64,000 nt of DNA from Candidatus Magasanikiibacteriota bacterium (GTDB lineage: Bacteria > Patescibacteriota > Patescibacteriia > Magasanikbacterales > GWA2-37-8), in contig JAPLWQ010000003.1 in NCBI GenBank assembly GCA_026396515.1, forward strand, positions 291,569 to 355,568, in the 5' to 3' direction. Below, in pieces: positions 47,791 through 58,422 of this stretch; within the stretch, counting starts at the first letter, position 1; each line of letters starts with the position of its first letter. Made by a program: the position numbers and the translations under genes. The notes beneath the pieces are model-generated. The model was not told where the DNA came from, made no database searches, and was given only the letters and a program-made list of their open reading frames with translations.

Positions 47791-48971
47791 AATAGGCTTT
47801 TATACAAATCCCTGTATGAATTAAGCATCCTATCCAAACTAAACGTATTTCTTACCCTTTCTGTTGAATTTTTACTAATATTTTCTAAATCACTAGCGTT
47901 TAAACCTAAAATGTGATTTATTCCCCGAACAAGATCTTCTTCGTCCGCATATTTAGCTATAAACCCATTCTCTAGGTGTACCGCTGCTTCGCGAACGCCG
48001 CCGACATCAAAACTGACAATGGGCAAACCGCAGGACATCGCTTCCAAAACAACTAGTGGAAAATTATCCGCTAATGAAGTATGCAGATAAACATCTGATG
48101 CCGAATAAAAAACTGGCAAATCACTTTGGCTTATCAGCCCAAAATTGCGCAAATTCGTTTCATCGGGCAGTTGCTCTTTGTTTCCAACGCATAAAAATAA
48201 CACAGAACTATTTGTTTTATACTGGTCAATAATTTTTCTGGCATATTCCCATCCTTTCCATCTGGGACTGTCTTTTCCCCCGTCCGATAGGCAAAGAACT
48301 ATCTTTTTATCCAAAGGCAAGCCCAATCTTTTTCTAGCTTTAACCTTTTCCATCGACTTAAAATGATCTATATCTATACCATTATAAATCAGATGAATTT
48401 TTTGCTTATTTAAACAGCTGCGCTCCACCCTCTTTTTAAGCCACAACGAAGGTACAACAAAGTTTATCTTAATTGAATTATAAATATTTCGTTTCCATTT
48501 TGCAATAAAATCATCACAATTAAAAAGAAAACGCTCAGGCATTTTTTTGTCATTGCACACAAAAAAACCATCCTTTACGGTATTACTCTGCCAGGTATAA
48601 ACGCAATGCGGGGTTATCGCCCATTCATCGTGCAGTGACCATACAACCGGCTTTGTACGACTAATCTGCTCCAAGTCATTCAGGTTGAAATAACGCCCGT
48701 GTAAATTATGGCAATGCACAACATCCGCTTTTTTTAGCGGCCCTGTCTGCAAAAGCCAATCCGTATTATAAAAATCACGGCCAAAAAAAATACTCAACAC
48801 CTTTCGCAATCTGCTTCTTTTTATCTCATAGATACCGCTTTCCGTCGACAATCTGTCGGCAACAAAAAAAGAATTACCCTCTCCACGGGCATCAAAATCG
48901 CGCTTTATGTCCCACGCAATCTGCGCTGCACCGCCGCGCTTATCCGTTGTATTAATCTGCATCAGATTCAT
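47787..48971 (-). CDS. family 4 glycosyltransferase
   Basis: GT-B architecture with C-terminal E..EAMSCGLPIVSFDVGG motif. Confidence 0.7.
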   Translation of the reverse strand: MNLMQINTTDKRGGAAQIAWDIKRDFDARGEGNSFFVADRLSTESGIYEIKRSRLRKVLSIFFGRDFYNTDWLLQTGPLKKADVVHCHNLHGRYFNLNDLEQISRTKPVVWSLHDEWAITPHCVYTWQSNTVKDGFFVCNDKKMPERFLFNCDDFIAKWKRNIYNSIKINFVVPSLWLKKRVERSCLNKQKIHLIYNGIDIDHFKSMEKVKARKRLGLPLDKKIVLCLSDGGKDSPRWKGWEYARKIIDQYKTNSSVLFLCVGNKEQLPDETNLRNFGLISQSDLPVFYSASDVYLHTSLADNFPLVVLEAMSCGLPIVSFDVGGVREAAVHLENGFIAKYADEEDLVRGINHILGLNASDLENISKNSTERVRNTFSLDRMLNSYRDLYKSLL

Positions 48972-49774
48972 ATCGCGCGCTCGTTAATAGCATAAATATT
49001 CAGCTGCATATCCATACCTGAATACACGCCCCTTATAGAAAATGGCTGCCTCTGAATTGCACTGAAATTATCAATATAATAACGAAAGCCGTCCTCCTTC
49101 AAAATTAGCAGCAGTTCATCCAACTTTTGGCTTTTATCCGCGAATGAATGATATTCGATAAAAATATTTTTCACGTTTTTGAGCGCATCTTTGCACTCGC
49201 GCAACACCTCCAGTTCGGCACCCTCAATATCGATCTTCAAAAAATCCACTTTCTCATTCAAATAACCGCTCAATTTAACGGCGGGTATTAAAACGGGAGC
49301 TACTCCGCTTATTTTTTCAGCGACCCTTCCTCCGTCCGCTCTATCCGGAAAGAAATCCATTGCACCTTCCTCAGACCAAAGCGCCGAATTAACCAATTTA
49401 ATATCAGAAAAATTTTGCGAATCAATATTCTCTTTCAAAATCCTAAAAATGTTCGGATCAGGTTCAAAAGCAACGATTTTAGCCAGAGGAAATAATTTCT
49501 TAAAATATACTACACTCATGCCGATATTGGCGCCGCAATCAATTATCACGGGCGCGTTTGAACTGGCGTTGAATTTGTAAACCTGTTTTTCAAATATTTC
49601 CTTGTACATGAATACAAAAGATGCCGAATCGGCTATTTTAATTTTAAATCCAAGAAGATCTGAGGTAGTTTCTGTAAATCTGGGGAATTTATAAAGCTTC
49701 AGGATTTTACAATATTTAAATAGATATGCCGGGTTAGCAATGATCTTTCTAATATTTTTATAAGTTATAGTCAT
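48968..49774 (-). CDS. FkbM family methyltransferase
   Basis: DCGANIGMSVVYF SAM-binding motif characteristic of FkbM-type enzymes. Confidence 0.7.
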   Translation of the reverse strand: MTITYKNIRKIIANPAYLFKYCKILKLYKFPRFTETTSDLLGFKIKIADSASFVFMYKEIFEKQVYKFNASSNAPVIIDCGANIGMSVVYFKKLFPLAKIVAFEPDPNIFRILKENIDSQNFSDIKLVNSALWSEEGAMDFFPDRADGGRVAEKISGVAPVLIPAVKLSGYLNEKVDFLKIDIEGAELEVLRECKDALKNVKNIFIEYHSFADKSQKLDELLLILKEDGFRYYIDNFSAIQRQPFSIRGVYSGMDMQLNIYAINERAI

Positions 49775-49775
49775 A

Positions 49776-50678
49776 TTATTTACCGATAATCATTTGAATT
49801 TTGTTTACCAATTTTGTGGCAAAGCTCGGTTCAATGCTCTTGTAGAAATTTTTCATAATTTCTCTAGCTTTGACTGATTCTTCCAAATTAATCCTACTTA
49901 ATTTTAAATCATGACTGGTGACATTAACGTCAAAAACTTTAGTATTGCTACAGTGAACACCACTGCTATCGAGTCCAATATTTCGAGTAAATGACATTTT
50001 TGGATGCAGGCACAGGCCATTTTCCAAAAAAATACTCGCCTGCCATTTGACCGCCCAAGTGTTTATTTGCCCTTTGGCGTTTGCCTTCAATGTGCTAAAA
50101 AAACTCATTCCTCCGTCTATGTTGAACTTCCATCTCTCACCACTTCCCTCAATTTCACGGCATAGATGTAGGGCGTCGTTATTATAATGCTGCCATGCCC
50201 TTTTCCATGTTGCCCAACCCCAGCAAGAAGCTTGACCATAAAAAAATGTATCCGGCAAACTGTCGGTGTCAACCGGAAAGAAATGACCGCTAATATGCAT
50301 AACTTGTTCGTCATTTTCATACATATTAAGCGCGTCATTCATATACTGTAAAAAATACGGAGAACTGACGATATCATCTTCTAGGACAATCACTTTCTCA
50401 AATTCACTCACAATCTGTGTCACCCCGCTGACGATCGATTTTGCCAATCCGAAATTCGAATCACGTTTCACGATAGATATACTTTTAAAACCATCAATCG
50501 CATCCAGATATCCTCTCACTTCTTCAACTTTGTGAACGTCAGAAGATGACCTGGGTGCATCTGAAAAAATATAAAGTTCACTATCTTTGGCAAGATCGTT
50601 TCTTTTCAGACTTTCAACCGTTTGCTTGGTGTGCCAGGGGCGATTGTAAGTAAATAGTACTATTGGCGCAAACTTCAT
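49776..50678 (-). CDS. GT-A fold glycosyltransferase (family uncertain)
   Basis: N-terminal PIVLFTYNRP..H...L.SL and the acidic VLEDD (DxD-like) motif. Confidence 0.55.
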   Translation of the reverse strand: MKFAPIVLFTYNRPWHTKQTVESLKRNDLAKDSELYIFSDAPRSSSDVHKVEEVRGYLDAIDGFKSISIVKRDSNFGLAKSIVSGVTQIVSEFEKVIVLEDDIVSSPYFLQYMNDALNMYENDEQVMHISGHFFPVDTDSLPDTFFYGQASCWGWATWKRAWQHYNNDALHLCREIEGSGERWKFNIDGGMSFFSTLKANAKGQINTWAVKWQASIFLENGLCLHPKMSFTRNIGLDSSGVHCSNTKVFDVNVTSHDLKLSRINLEESVKAREIMKNFYKSIEPSFATKLVNKIQMIIGK

Positions 50679-50681
50679 ACA

Positions 50682-52541
50682 CTATTTCTTAGGGGAAGCA
50701 ACCCTCTTTAAAAAACTTTGCTCCCAAAAATACGGATTAATCGACTGCCAAGCGGCTTCAGCTGCGCTAAATGTCGTTCGCGGGTCGTTAATAACGTTGG
50801 TTATCTTGGATGAGACGTCTTTCGGGTCAATGAATTTGCTGTTTAAAAAATTCCTATCATGAATTGTTTCCATGAAAAAATGCTTCAGAGGCCCGCGCAT
50901 CCAATCGACTGTGGGTGAATTGAAGCCCACTTTAGTTTTTCTATAGGCGATGTCTCTCGGCATAAATGCAGCAGTTGCGTCTCGGATGACCGACTTGGTA
51001 TAACCATTACGTATTTTTGATGTCCACGGTAAAGAAAACGCGAACGAAACAATCCGATAGTCCATAAACGGCATTCGTATCTCAACTCCGTTGATCATGC
51101 TGTATCTGTCATAATTGCGAAGCAGCGTCGGTAAAACCGTTTGGTGGCTTGAGATATACAATTTTTGCGTAAAATAATCCATTCTTTTCCACTCCGGATG
51201 GTTTTCGTCCGCATTGTGATTGTGATATCCAATTGCTTTCTTAACCAAATTCCTCGAAAATTCCTTCGCCCAAAAGATAAATTTCGGGGGCAATTTCTTG
51301 AACTGTACTCCGTCGTTTATATAGCTATCATAATATGTATCAATTACTGCCTTTGAATTCCTAAATGAAAACATTTCATCGTGCAGTATATGCAAAAAAT
51401 CGAAACTATACCCTCCAAAAAGCTCATCAGCCGCATGACCATCAAGTGTCACGACTACGCCGTTGTCTCTCATTGCTTTATATACTGCAATAAAAGGTAT
51501 CGGGCTGGTGATATAAATATCCTCAAAAAGATACAGATAATCAAATAATTTATCTACATATTTCTGCGGATCAATGGTAACGCTGCTCAATTCAACACCG
51601 ACATTTTGAGCGACCTTTCTGGCGAACATCGTTTCATCAATCGGCGTTCCGGGGAATGCGGCACTAAAAGCATTTTGCCAGTTAGCAGGCTTGCGTTCAT
51701 CACTCACATTTTTCCCGATATGAGCGACCGCTGAAAACACCGCACTCGAATCCAGACCGCCGCTCAAAGCTGTGCCAATGGGCACATCCGATCTCATTCT
51801 GATCTTGCAGGCGTCCAAAAATAAGCCTCTGAACTGCTCGACTTGATCCTCATATTTTTCAGGAACCTCCGCAAGATTGTCTAACGTATTCCAATAACGT
51901 TTGATTTCTAAATTTCCGTTTTTATATATCGCGCAATGTCCGGCTGGAAATCTCTTGATGTTTTTAATAAGACAAGCATCCGTGCTCTCATAATAGAAAA
52001 TCCGAGCATTATTATTTAATATCTCATAATTTGGTTCAACAGTATCAAGTAGCGGCGTGATCGCTTTCATTTCGGAAGCGAACACAAAGTTGCCATTAAT
52101 ATAAGCATAAAATAGCGGCTTCTTTCCAAAACGGTCACGGCTGATAAACATTTCCTCTTTATGCCTGTCCCAAATGGCAAATGCCCACATGCCATTGAAT
52201 TTGTGAAGGCATTTTTCACCCCATTCGGTATACGCGGCCAGAACAACCTCCGTGTCTGAATCACTAATAAATGTATGGCCTCTCGCTTTCAGCTCTTCCC
52301 GGATTTCAATAAAGTTGTATATCTCACCGTTTAGCGTAATCCAGTATCTGCCATTGCCAAAAGACATGGGCTGTTTTCCCCTCTCGGACAGATCAAGTAT
52401 CGCTAACCTCCGGTGCCCTAGAAACACTTCCTTTTCGGTCCAAATTCCATAACCGTCCGGACCGCGATGTGAAAGCGTGTCCAGACAATTCCTGGCCTGT
52501 TCTTCATCAATTTTTCCGATGACGCCAAATATTCCACACAT
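50682..52541 (-). CDS. asparagine synthase (glutamine-hydrolysing) family amidotransferase, paralog 2
   Basis: MCGIFG Ntn nucleophile, SGGLDSS PP-loop. 619 aa. Confidence 0.85.
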   Translation of the reverse strand: MCGIFGVIGKIDEEQARNCLDTLSHRGPDGYGIWTEKEVFLGHRRLAILDLSERGKQPMSFGNGRYWITLNGEIYNFIEIREELKARGHTFISDSDTEVVLAAYTEWGEKCLHKFNGMWAFAIWDRHKEEMFISRDRFGKKPLFYAYINGNFVFASEMKAITPLLDTVEPNYEILNNNARIFYYESTDACLIKNIKRFPAGHCAIYKNGNLEIKRYWNTLDNLAEVPEKYEDQVEQFRGLFLDACKIRMRSDVPIGTALSGGLDSSAVFSAVAHIGKNVSDERKPANWQNAFSAAFPGTPIDETMFARKVAQNVGVELSSVTIDPQKYVDKLFDYLYLFEDIYITSPIPFIAVYKAMRDNGVVVTLDGHAADELFGGYSFDFLHILHDEMFSFRNSKAVIDTYYDSYINDGVQFKKLPPKFIFWAKEFSRNLVKKAIGYHNHNADENHPEWKRMDYFTQKLYISSHQTVLPTLLRNYDRYSMINGVEIRMPFMDYRIVSFAFSLPWTSKIRNGYTKSVIRDATAAFMPRDIAYRKTKVGFNSPTVDWMRGPLKHFFMETIHDRNFLNSKFIDPKDVSSKITNVINDPRTTFSAAEAAWQSINPYFWEQSFLKRVASPKK

Positions 52542-52559
52542 ATAATAATCGGAGCATTA

Positions 52560-53564
52560 TTAACAATTGCTAATTATCACGCCTCGGCAAAAAAACGCCT
52601 TAATTTTCCTCAATAAATTAACAAAGTGTAAAAAGAAATCTAATAATAAATTTCTCAGGGGATTATTAAGAAAAATCATAAAATAAAGAGCGGAATTCCA
52701 AATTGATTTATATGTTTTGAGAGAATCACGAAAACATGTAACTACCGCGGGCGACCTAGTGTGTGTAAGTAAATAATAGCCGAGTTCATTATATAAGCGA
52801 AAAATATTTTTGTTCTGAATGTCATTTAAATTCTTATAAAAATAATGAATATAATCACCCCGAAGCAATCTTTGAAACAAATTATTGGTCTCGGACCTAT
52901 TAAGTTTTTTTCGCGTATGGAATCCGCTCGCAATATGGTCCCTACGTAAAACCAATACCTGGGGCAAGTAATGTACGGAATAATTGCCCAATATATTCAT
53001 GACAAACTCGACATCTTGAGTCGTGTGATTTTTCTCGTTAAAATCTCCGATTAATTCAAAGCATTTTTTATCTACCAATAATGAGCAGGCATAAATATAT
53101 GCTTTAAAATAGTATGCCGCGCCGAACAGTTCTTGTGGGCAATCCTGCTGCTTAACATCCAGGTTAATCGTCTTTTTTTGCTCGTCGATAGACCCTGTGT
53201 CGGAGAATACGATCCGCGCATCACTATTATTTCTTATATAATCAACTTGTTCTTTTGTCTTATTTGGTAAATATTTGTCATCGTGACTAAGCCATGAAAA
53301 ATAATCGCCCTCCATTTTTTTTAATCCGAGATTCAAGGCGGTAGAAACTCCGCCATTTTCCTTAAAAAAATATTTAATTTTTTCACCATATGATAGTGCA
53401 ATTTTCTCAGTTTTACCTTCATCGTTAGAGCCATCATTAACGACAATGACCTCGACATTTTCATAGGTCTGCGCGAGAGCACTATCAATAGCCTCATTTA
53501 AATAATTTAATCCATTATAGACTGGAATAATAATGGAAACTTTCGGATTATAATTTGCATTCAT
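52560..53564 (-). CDS. family 2 glycosyltransferase
   Basis: VSIIIPVYNGLNYLNEAIDSALAQTY...VIVVNDGSND. DxD motif SHDDK. Confidence 0.8.
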   Translation of the reverse strand: MNANYNPKVSIIIPVYNGLNYLNEAIDSALAQTYENVEVIVVNDGSNDEGKTEKIALSYGEKIKYFFKENGGVSTALNLGLKKMEGDYFSWLSHDDKYLPNKTKEQVDYIRNNSDARIVFSDTGSIDEQKKTINLDVKQQDCPQELFGAAYYFKAYIYACSLLVDKKCFELIGDFNEKNHTTQDVEFVMNILGNYSVHYLPQVLVLRRDHIASGFHTRKKLNRSETNNLFQRLLRGDYIHYFYKNLNDIQNKNIFRLYNELGYYLLTHTRSPAVVTCFRDSLKTYKSIWNSALYFMIFLNNPLRNLLLDFFLHFVNLLRKIKAFFCRGVIISNC

Positions 53565-53912
53565 ATTGACATTCTTCTAATTTCCCTTCATATTTTCTTT
53601 TAACCTACTTAATTTTTCTAATCCAAAAACTGGCTGGCCAGTTTTTATTTTTAGCGTATAGCGCAAACGCTTTTTCTAATTTATCCGGATATTTCATGTG
53701 CATATAACTTCCCGCCCATAAGACCTCAAAACTATCATTAAATGCGAGGAATGCCTGCAATAAATACTGCTCAGTCCAAATAAGATGTACTAATCGCCCC
53801 CCCCTCTAATATTATCCACAATTCTCTGAAAATTTATAACTTTTCCTTTGTAATGCATAAATCCAATTAATCATTTTACTAGATGATAACCAGCTGAACG
53901 AGCAAATACCGA

Positions 53913-54986
53913 CTATTTTTGAAGCAAAAAACGTGCAATTTTTTCACTAACATTTTCAACCAAATATTCAGCCGGGGCACGCCATTGCCCTTTCGAACTT
54001 AATAGATAATCAACGCCGCGCATAATACTATCGAAGTTTGCCCCAGAAACATAGCTCGCACCCGCTTCAAGAATTTCCGGCCTTTCAGTTGCGTCTCTCA
54101 ATATCATATTTGGCACGTGAAAAATGGAACACTCTTCAGGAACGGTGCCACTGTCGCTCAAAACACATAAAGCTTTTTTCTCCAATTTAATAAAATCAAA
54201 AAAACCAAGGGGTTTTATCATCTTAATGCCAATGCCAACTTCAATTTTCCATTTTTCAAGTTGAGCTCTCGTGTGCGGATGGACGCTAAATACGATCGGA
54301 ATATTATACTTCAAATGTATTTCATTCAGGGCAGAAACAAACTCCTGAAGTTTATCCTTAAATTCGACATTTTCACTGCGGTGCAGGGTTACTAAAAAAA
54401 ACTTCTTATCTTTAACTTTGAGTTTTTGAAGAATTTTACTACCATCTATTCTTTTATCATAATATTTTAGAACTTCATAAATTGGATTGCCTGTCACAAA
54501 AATTTTTCCAGGTGCATATCCATCTAGCAACAAATTAGTACGACTTCTTTCAGTATAAGGCAACAAAACATCGCTCAGACTATCAATTATTTTTCTATTA
54601 ATTTCCTCAGGTACTATATTGTCAAAACAACGGTTGCCGGCCTCCATATGATACACACGGATCCCATGACGTTTTGCAATTAATGCTGATAGCCCACTAT
54701 TGGTATCACCCAAAATAAGAACTTTATCGGGCTTCTCCTTTTTAATTATTTTATCGCAACCCGATAATATTTTTCCTATTTGCTCAGCCGCGCCTTTTGC
54801 CCTACTAGACAACAAGTAATTGGGCTTACGAATGCCTAACTCTTTTAAAAAAACTTCATTTAATTGATAATCATAATTTTGACCTGTATGCAACAATACA
54901 TGCTCACAATGTTTGTCCAGCAGTGGAATTATCCTACTAAGCCGAATTAATTCCGGGCGAGTACCAACAATCGTAAGTATTTTCAT
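53913..54986 (-). CDS. wecB: UDP-N-acetylglucosamine 2-epimerase (non-hydrolysing); FnlC/CapG/WbjD-type candidate
   Basis: N-terminus KILTIVGTRPELIRLSRII and the two-domain epimerase architecture. Confidence 0.85.
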   Translation of the reverse strand: MKILTIVGTRPELIRLSRIIPLLDKHCEHVLLHTGQNYDYQLNEVFLKELGIRKPNYLLSSRAKGAAEQIGKILSGCDKIIKKEKPDKVLILGDTNSGLSALIAKRHGIRVYHMEAGNRCFDNIVPEEINRKIIDSLSDVLLPYTERSRTNLLLDGYAPGKIFVTGNPIYEVLKYYDKRIDGSKILQKLKVKDKKFFLVTLHRSENVEFKDKLQEFVSALNEIHLKYNIPIVFSVHPHTRAQLEKWKIEVGIGIKMIKPLGFFDFIKLEKKALCVLSDSGTVPEECSIFHVPNMILRDATERPEILEAGASYVSGANFDSIMRGVDYLLSSKGQWRAPAEYLVENVSEKIARFLLQK

Positions 54987-54997
54987 ATTTAGTAATA

Positions 54998-56056
54998 TTA
55001 TTTCAACATTTCTCCCTCAATTATTAAACTCTGATCCACAAGTAAATTATGTTTTGACAATAAGTCCTCCAGCCCTTCTACGGACATGATGTCAGCGCTT
55101 GAGCTATACTCTTTGGCTAGGGCAGGGTCAGAAACGGGTTCAATATTCAATTCCGGCAACATGGGCTGAATAACAAAATATGAACCTCTTTTTAAGGAGC
55201 GCGTAGCCTCTTCATCGGATATTAATATCTCATGAATTTTTTCGCCCGGACGAATACCAGTGACAGTAACGCTGATGTTTCTTTTGCCGATCAAAACATT
55301 GGCGACGTCAACAATCTTTGCCGCCGGAACTATCGGAATATACGTTTCACCATTTTTTCCATGTAAAATTGCCGCAAATATAGTATCAACCGCATCCTCA
55401 AGACTTAATAAAAATCTAGTCATATCTCGCGTCGTCACAGTTACTGGACCGCCATTTCTAATTTGCTCATGAAAAAGCGGAATTACAGACCCGCGCGAAG
55501 CGAGAACATTTCCATACCTAACGCATATGAAGCGCGTTGCCGGACATTTCAAATTGCCGGAAATAAAGACCCTCTCTTGAATTGCCTTAGTCATACCCAT
55601 AACATTCACTGGTTTGCATGCCTTATCGGTTGACACCCCAACAACGACTTCGACATTAAATTTATTTATTTCAATCGCCCTAACGATATTTTCTGCGCCA
55701 GTAATATTGGTTTGAACGGCTTCATAAGGGAAGTACTCACAGGAGGGCACTTGTTTCAAGGCGGCTGCATTAATCACAATATCAACGTCCTTTAGAACTG
55801 AGCAAACTGAATAATAGTCACGTAAATCGCCTATACGAAATTCTAAAAGTTGCTTAAAGTTGTTATAAATTATTTCATCTGTAACAATAGTCTTTTTTTG
55901 ATACTCAACTCTCATCGAATGCTGCTTTGCCTCATCTCTTGAGAAAACAATTATCTTTTTTGGCAGCTCACCTTCAAGTGACAATAGCCTCTTGACCAAT
56001 ACTTTTCCTAATGAACCTGTCCCCCCTGTAATTAGAACTCGTTTGTTAGCAAACAT
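54998..56056 (-). CDS. UDP-GlcNAc 4,6-dehydratase/epimerase of the CapD/FnlA/CapE/WbjB family
   Basis: VLITGGTGSLGK Rossmann motif and polysaccharide-biosynthesis CapD-like domain. Adjacent to the reductase and the 2-epimerase. Confidence 0.8.
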   Translation of the reverse strand: MFANKRVLITGGTGSLGKVLVKRLLSLEGELPKKIIVFSRDEAKQHSMRVEYQKKTIVTDEIIYNNFKQLLEFRIGDLRDYYSVCSVLKDVDIVINAAALKQVPSCEYFPYEAVQTNITGAENIVRAIEINKFNVEVVVGVSTDKACKPVNVMGMTKAIQERVFISGNLKCPATRFICVRYGNVLASRGSVIPLFHEQIRNGGPVTVTTRDMTRFLLSLEDAVDTIFAAILHGKNGETYIPIVPAAKIVDVANVLIGKRNISVTVTGIRPGEKIHEILISDEEATRSLKRGSYFVIQPMLPELNIEPVSDPALAKEYSSSADIMSVEGLEDLLSKHNLLVDQSLIIEGEMLK

Positions 56057-56077
56057 AAAGTTATATATTGATTAAAT

Positions 56078-56938
56078 TTAAGTGTATTGTTTCGCGTCTT
56101 CCTCAAGTTCAGTAATCATATCATCCCAAGACGGTGGAGAAAAATTTATGTATTGATTAAACAAGCTTCCATCTAAACTTCTATCACAGATCGGCTCTTC
56201 TTCAGGAATGATATCAATCCCCAACCTCATTCTATCGCTAATTTTGGATAATAATTCATATTTTGATATTCTATGTGTCGCAACCTGCCACAGCCCGGAC
56301 ATGCTGGGAAAATTCATTAGTATGTCGACAATAATTTTTGCCATACCAATAGTTGAAATACCACTAAAAAAAACGTTCTTATACCCTCTAACGGTTTTGC
56401 CGCGCATGCTTAAAAACCATTCCAAGAGACCTGTCATATTATAAAGCTCTCTGCCAATTATCGAACTCCTCAATGTTAGGCAATGGTCATAGTGTAGCTC
56501 TCCGAGAAATTTTGTTCGACCATAAAGATCTTCGGCGTCAGACTTGTCTTCGTGTTTATAGTGACCCTTTTCCCCGGAAAATACGCAATCGGTACTAAAA
56601 TGAATTACTCTGGCGTGATACTTTTTACACAGATTGGCAAGCAGATGTGGAAATAAAGCATTAATTTTAATACTGGGAATAGGGTCCTTCGATTCATCCC
56701 TATGCTTGATGATACCGATGCAATTAATCACATAATTCGGTCGAATTTTATTAATAACATCATCAAGCTGCTCAATATTATTAGCATCGACATTAGTAAA
56801 AATTTTCTCTGCGGGTATCAAATCAATAAATTGATGACTTGGCTCTCGACAAGTGCCATAAACATCAAAATTTCTACTTAAAACCTGAAATATTTTATGG
56901 CCAAGCATGCCATACGATCCAAGTACAAGAATCTTCAT
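56078..56938 (-). CDS. RmlD-like NAD(P)H-dependent sugar-nucleotide reductase (FnlB/CapF/WbjC-type candidate, short form)
   Basis: N-terminal KILVLGSYGMLG Rossmann motif and RmlD substrate-binding-domain-like sequence. 286 aa. Confidence 0.65.
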   Translation of the reverse strand: MKILVLGSYGMLGHKIFQVLSRNFDVYGTCREPSHQFIDLIPAEKIFTNVDANNIEQLDDVINKIRPNYVINCIGIIKHRDESKDPIPSIKINALFPHLLANLCKKYHARVIHFSTDCVFSGEKGHYKHEDKSDAEDLYGRTKFLGELHYDHCLTLRSSIIGRELYNMTGLLEWFLSMRGKTVRGYKNVFFSGISTIGMAKIIVDILMNFPSMSGLWQVATHRISKYELLSKISDRMRLGIDIIPEEEPICDRSLDGSLFNQYINFSPPSWDDMITELEEDAKQYT

Positions 56939-56940
56939 AT

Positions 56941-57666
56941 TTACACTAGTTTCTTCATAATAAATCTATATAGAGGCCGTAGTATATCCTTACAAAATGC
57001 AACAACTTTTAGAAAATTATTTTTAATAATGCGTCTGATGACGCAATAAATCTTTTTCAACCGAAAAAATTTTATGCCGGTTTTATCTATAGTTTTAATG
57101 GCCCATAAATATCCCAGCGGTTTTTCAAATTTTTCTCCGTAAACGCTATGTGTGAAAAAATCCTTAGAAATATAAATATCCCAACCGTTTCCAAAGTCCT
57201 CTGGATACCAGCCGGATCTATGTTCTTGCCATCTACCTCCGCCTAGGCCCCAGATATCATTACCATCAGGATGGTGCTGCGGAACAAAACCATAAGTGGT
57301 AGTGATAACCACCTGTCTCCTGGCAATTTTTTCTGTTTGTTTGAGCAATTTTAAAGAAGTCTCCTTTTCCAAATGCTCAATAATATCAAGTAAGAACAAG
57401 GTGTCTACTGATTTTTCAGGAAATATTTTTATAGCGTCTTCCCAGCCACCATTTAATATAATAAAATTACTACAAAAATTATTTTTTAACCTTTCCTTTA
57501 AAACTTCAATATATTTTATATATGGTTCAAAACAAATATGAACCCTTGGTACAAAAACATGTTGTGGTTGGATGCCGCACCCGATATCTAAAACTACATC
57601 TGTTTTTATGACCTTTGACATTCCGATCCTCTCTAATTTTTCTTTTTTTACGTACACTACAGACAT
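56941..57666 (-). CDS. putative SAM-dependent methyltransferase
   Basis: Motif I-like VLDIGCGIQP and LLDIIEHL. Confidence 0.55.
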   Translation of the reverse strand: MSVVYVKKEKLERIGMSKVIKTDVVLDIGCGIQPQHVFVPRVHICFEPYIKYIEVLKERLKNNFCSNFIILNGGWEDAIKIFPEKSVDTLFLLDIIEHLEKETSLKLLKQTEKIARRQVVITTTYGFVPQHHPDGNDIWGLGGGRWQEHRSGWYPEDFGNGWDIYISKDFFTHSVYGEKFEKPLGYLWAIKTIDKTGIKFFRLKKIYCVIRRIIKNNFLKVVAFCKDILRPLYRFIMKKLV

Positions 57667-57669
57667 AAA

Positions 57670-58422
57670 TTAATTATTCTTAAAAAATAAAAGTATTAAA
57701 TTTTGTATTTCCCCATCATTATTCTGTTGTTTTGTGTCCGAAATATGACCTAAGCGATCTTGATAAAAAAATTTAACTTTCCCAAAATCATTTAAAAATG
57801 CAAAAGACTGTTCATCAATATTAAAATGCTTATGGTGAGGATTGTCGCCGTCTTTCTCTTTATAAGGAACACTGGCTATTAAAATTTTTTTTGTAAAATT
57901 TAAAAGTTTATCAAAAATTTCGACCAATGGTCGCTCCAAATGTTCAACGGTCTCAAAGGATACTACTATATCTGCCAAAATAGAATTACTGAAGAAATCA
58001 TTCAGCACAAACTGAACATTGTTTCGGTGGCTATAGTTTTTTCGAGCATAATTAATGGCTTCCTGTGACATATCTACACCCGTAGCATATTTACCATGGG
58101 TGGCTAACTGCTCCGTCCCATATCCCGTTCCACAAGCGATGTCCAATACATCATCATTTTTATTGACGTAGTTAATTGCAAACCTATAGCGTGGTAAATG
58201 GTTGTTATCAATGCTGCCAATTTTACCAAATAACTTTGGATCAAATCTTTCTCCGTTATTTAATATGCAATTATAAATTTTCATTCTAGTTGGTCTAAAA
58301 ATGTTTATTCTACGCAAAATAAATCTATAACATCTTTGTATAAAATTTTTAATATTCATAATATATAATGTTGCGGTAAAACTGAAAAATATTTTTTTAA
58401 ATTTGATAAGTATCCCAGTCAA
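57670..58422 (-). CDS. class I SAM-dependent methyltransferase
   Basis: VLDIACGTGYGT motif I and VDMSQEAINYARKNY. The start is uncertain: internal ATGs at 58359 and 58284 would avoid the overlap with wzt. Confidence 0.7.
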   Translation of the reverse strand: MTGILIKFKKIFFSFTATLYIMNIKNFIQRCYRFILRRINIFRPTRMKIYNCILNNGERFDPKLFGKIGSIDNNHLPRYRFAINYVNKNDDVLDIACGTGYGTEQLATHGKYATGVDMSQEAINYARKNYSHRNNVQFVLNDFFSNSILADIVVSFETVEHLERPLVEIFDKLLNFTKKILIASVPYKEKDGDNPHHKHFNIDEQSFAFLNDFGKVKFFYQDRLGHISDTKQQNNDGEIQNLILLFFKNN

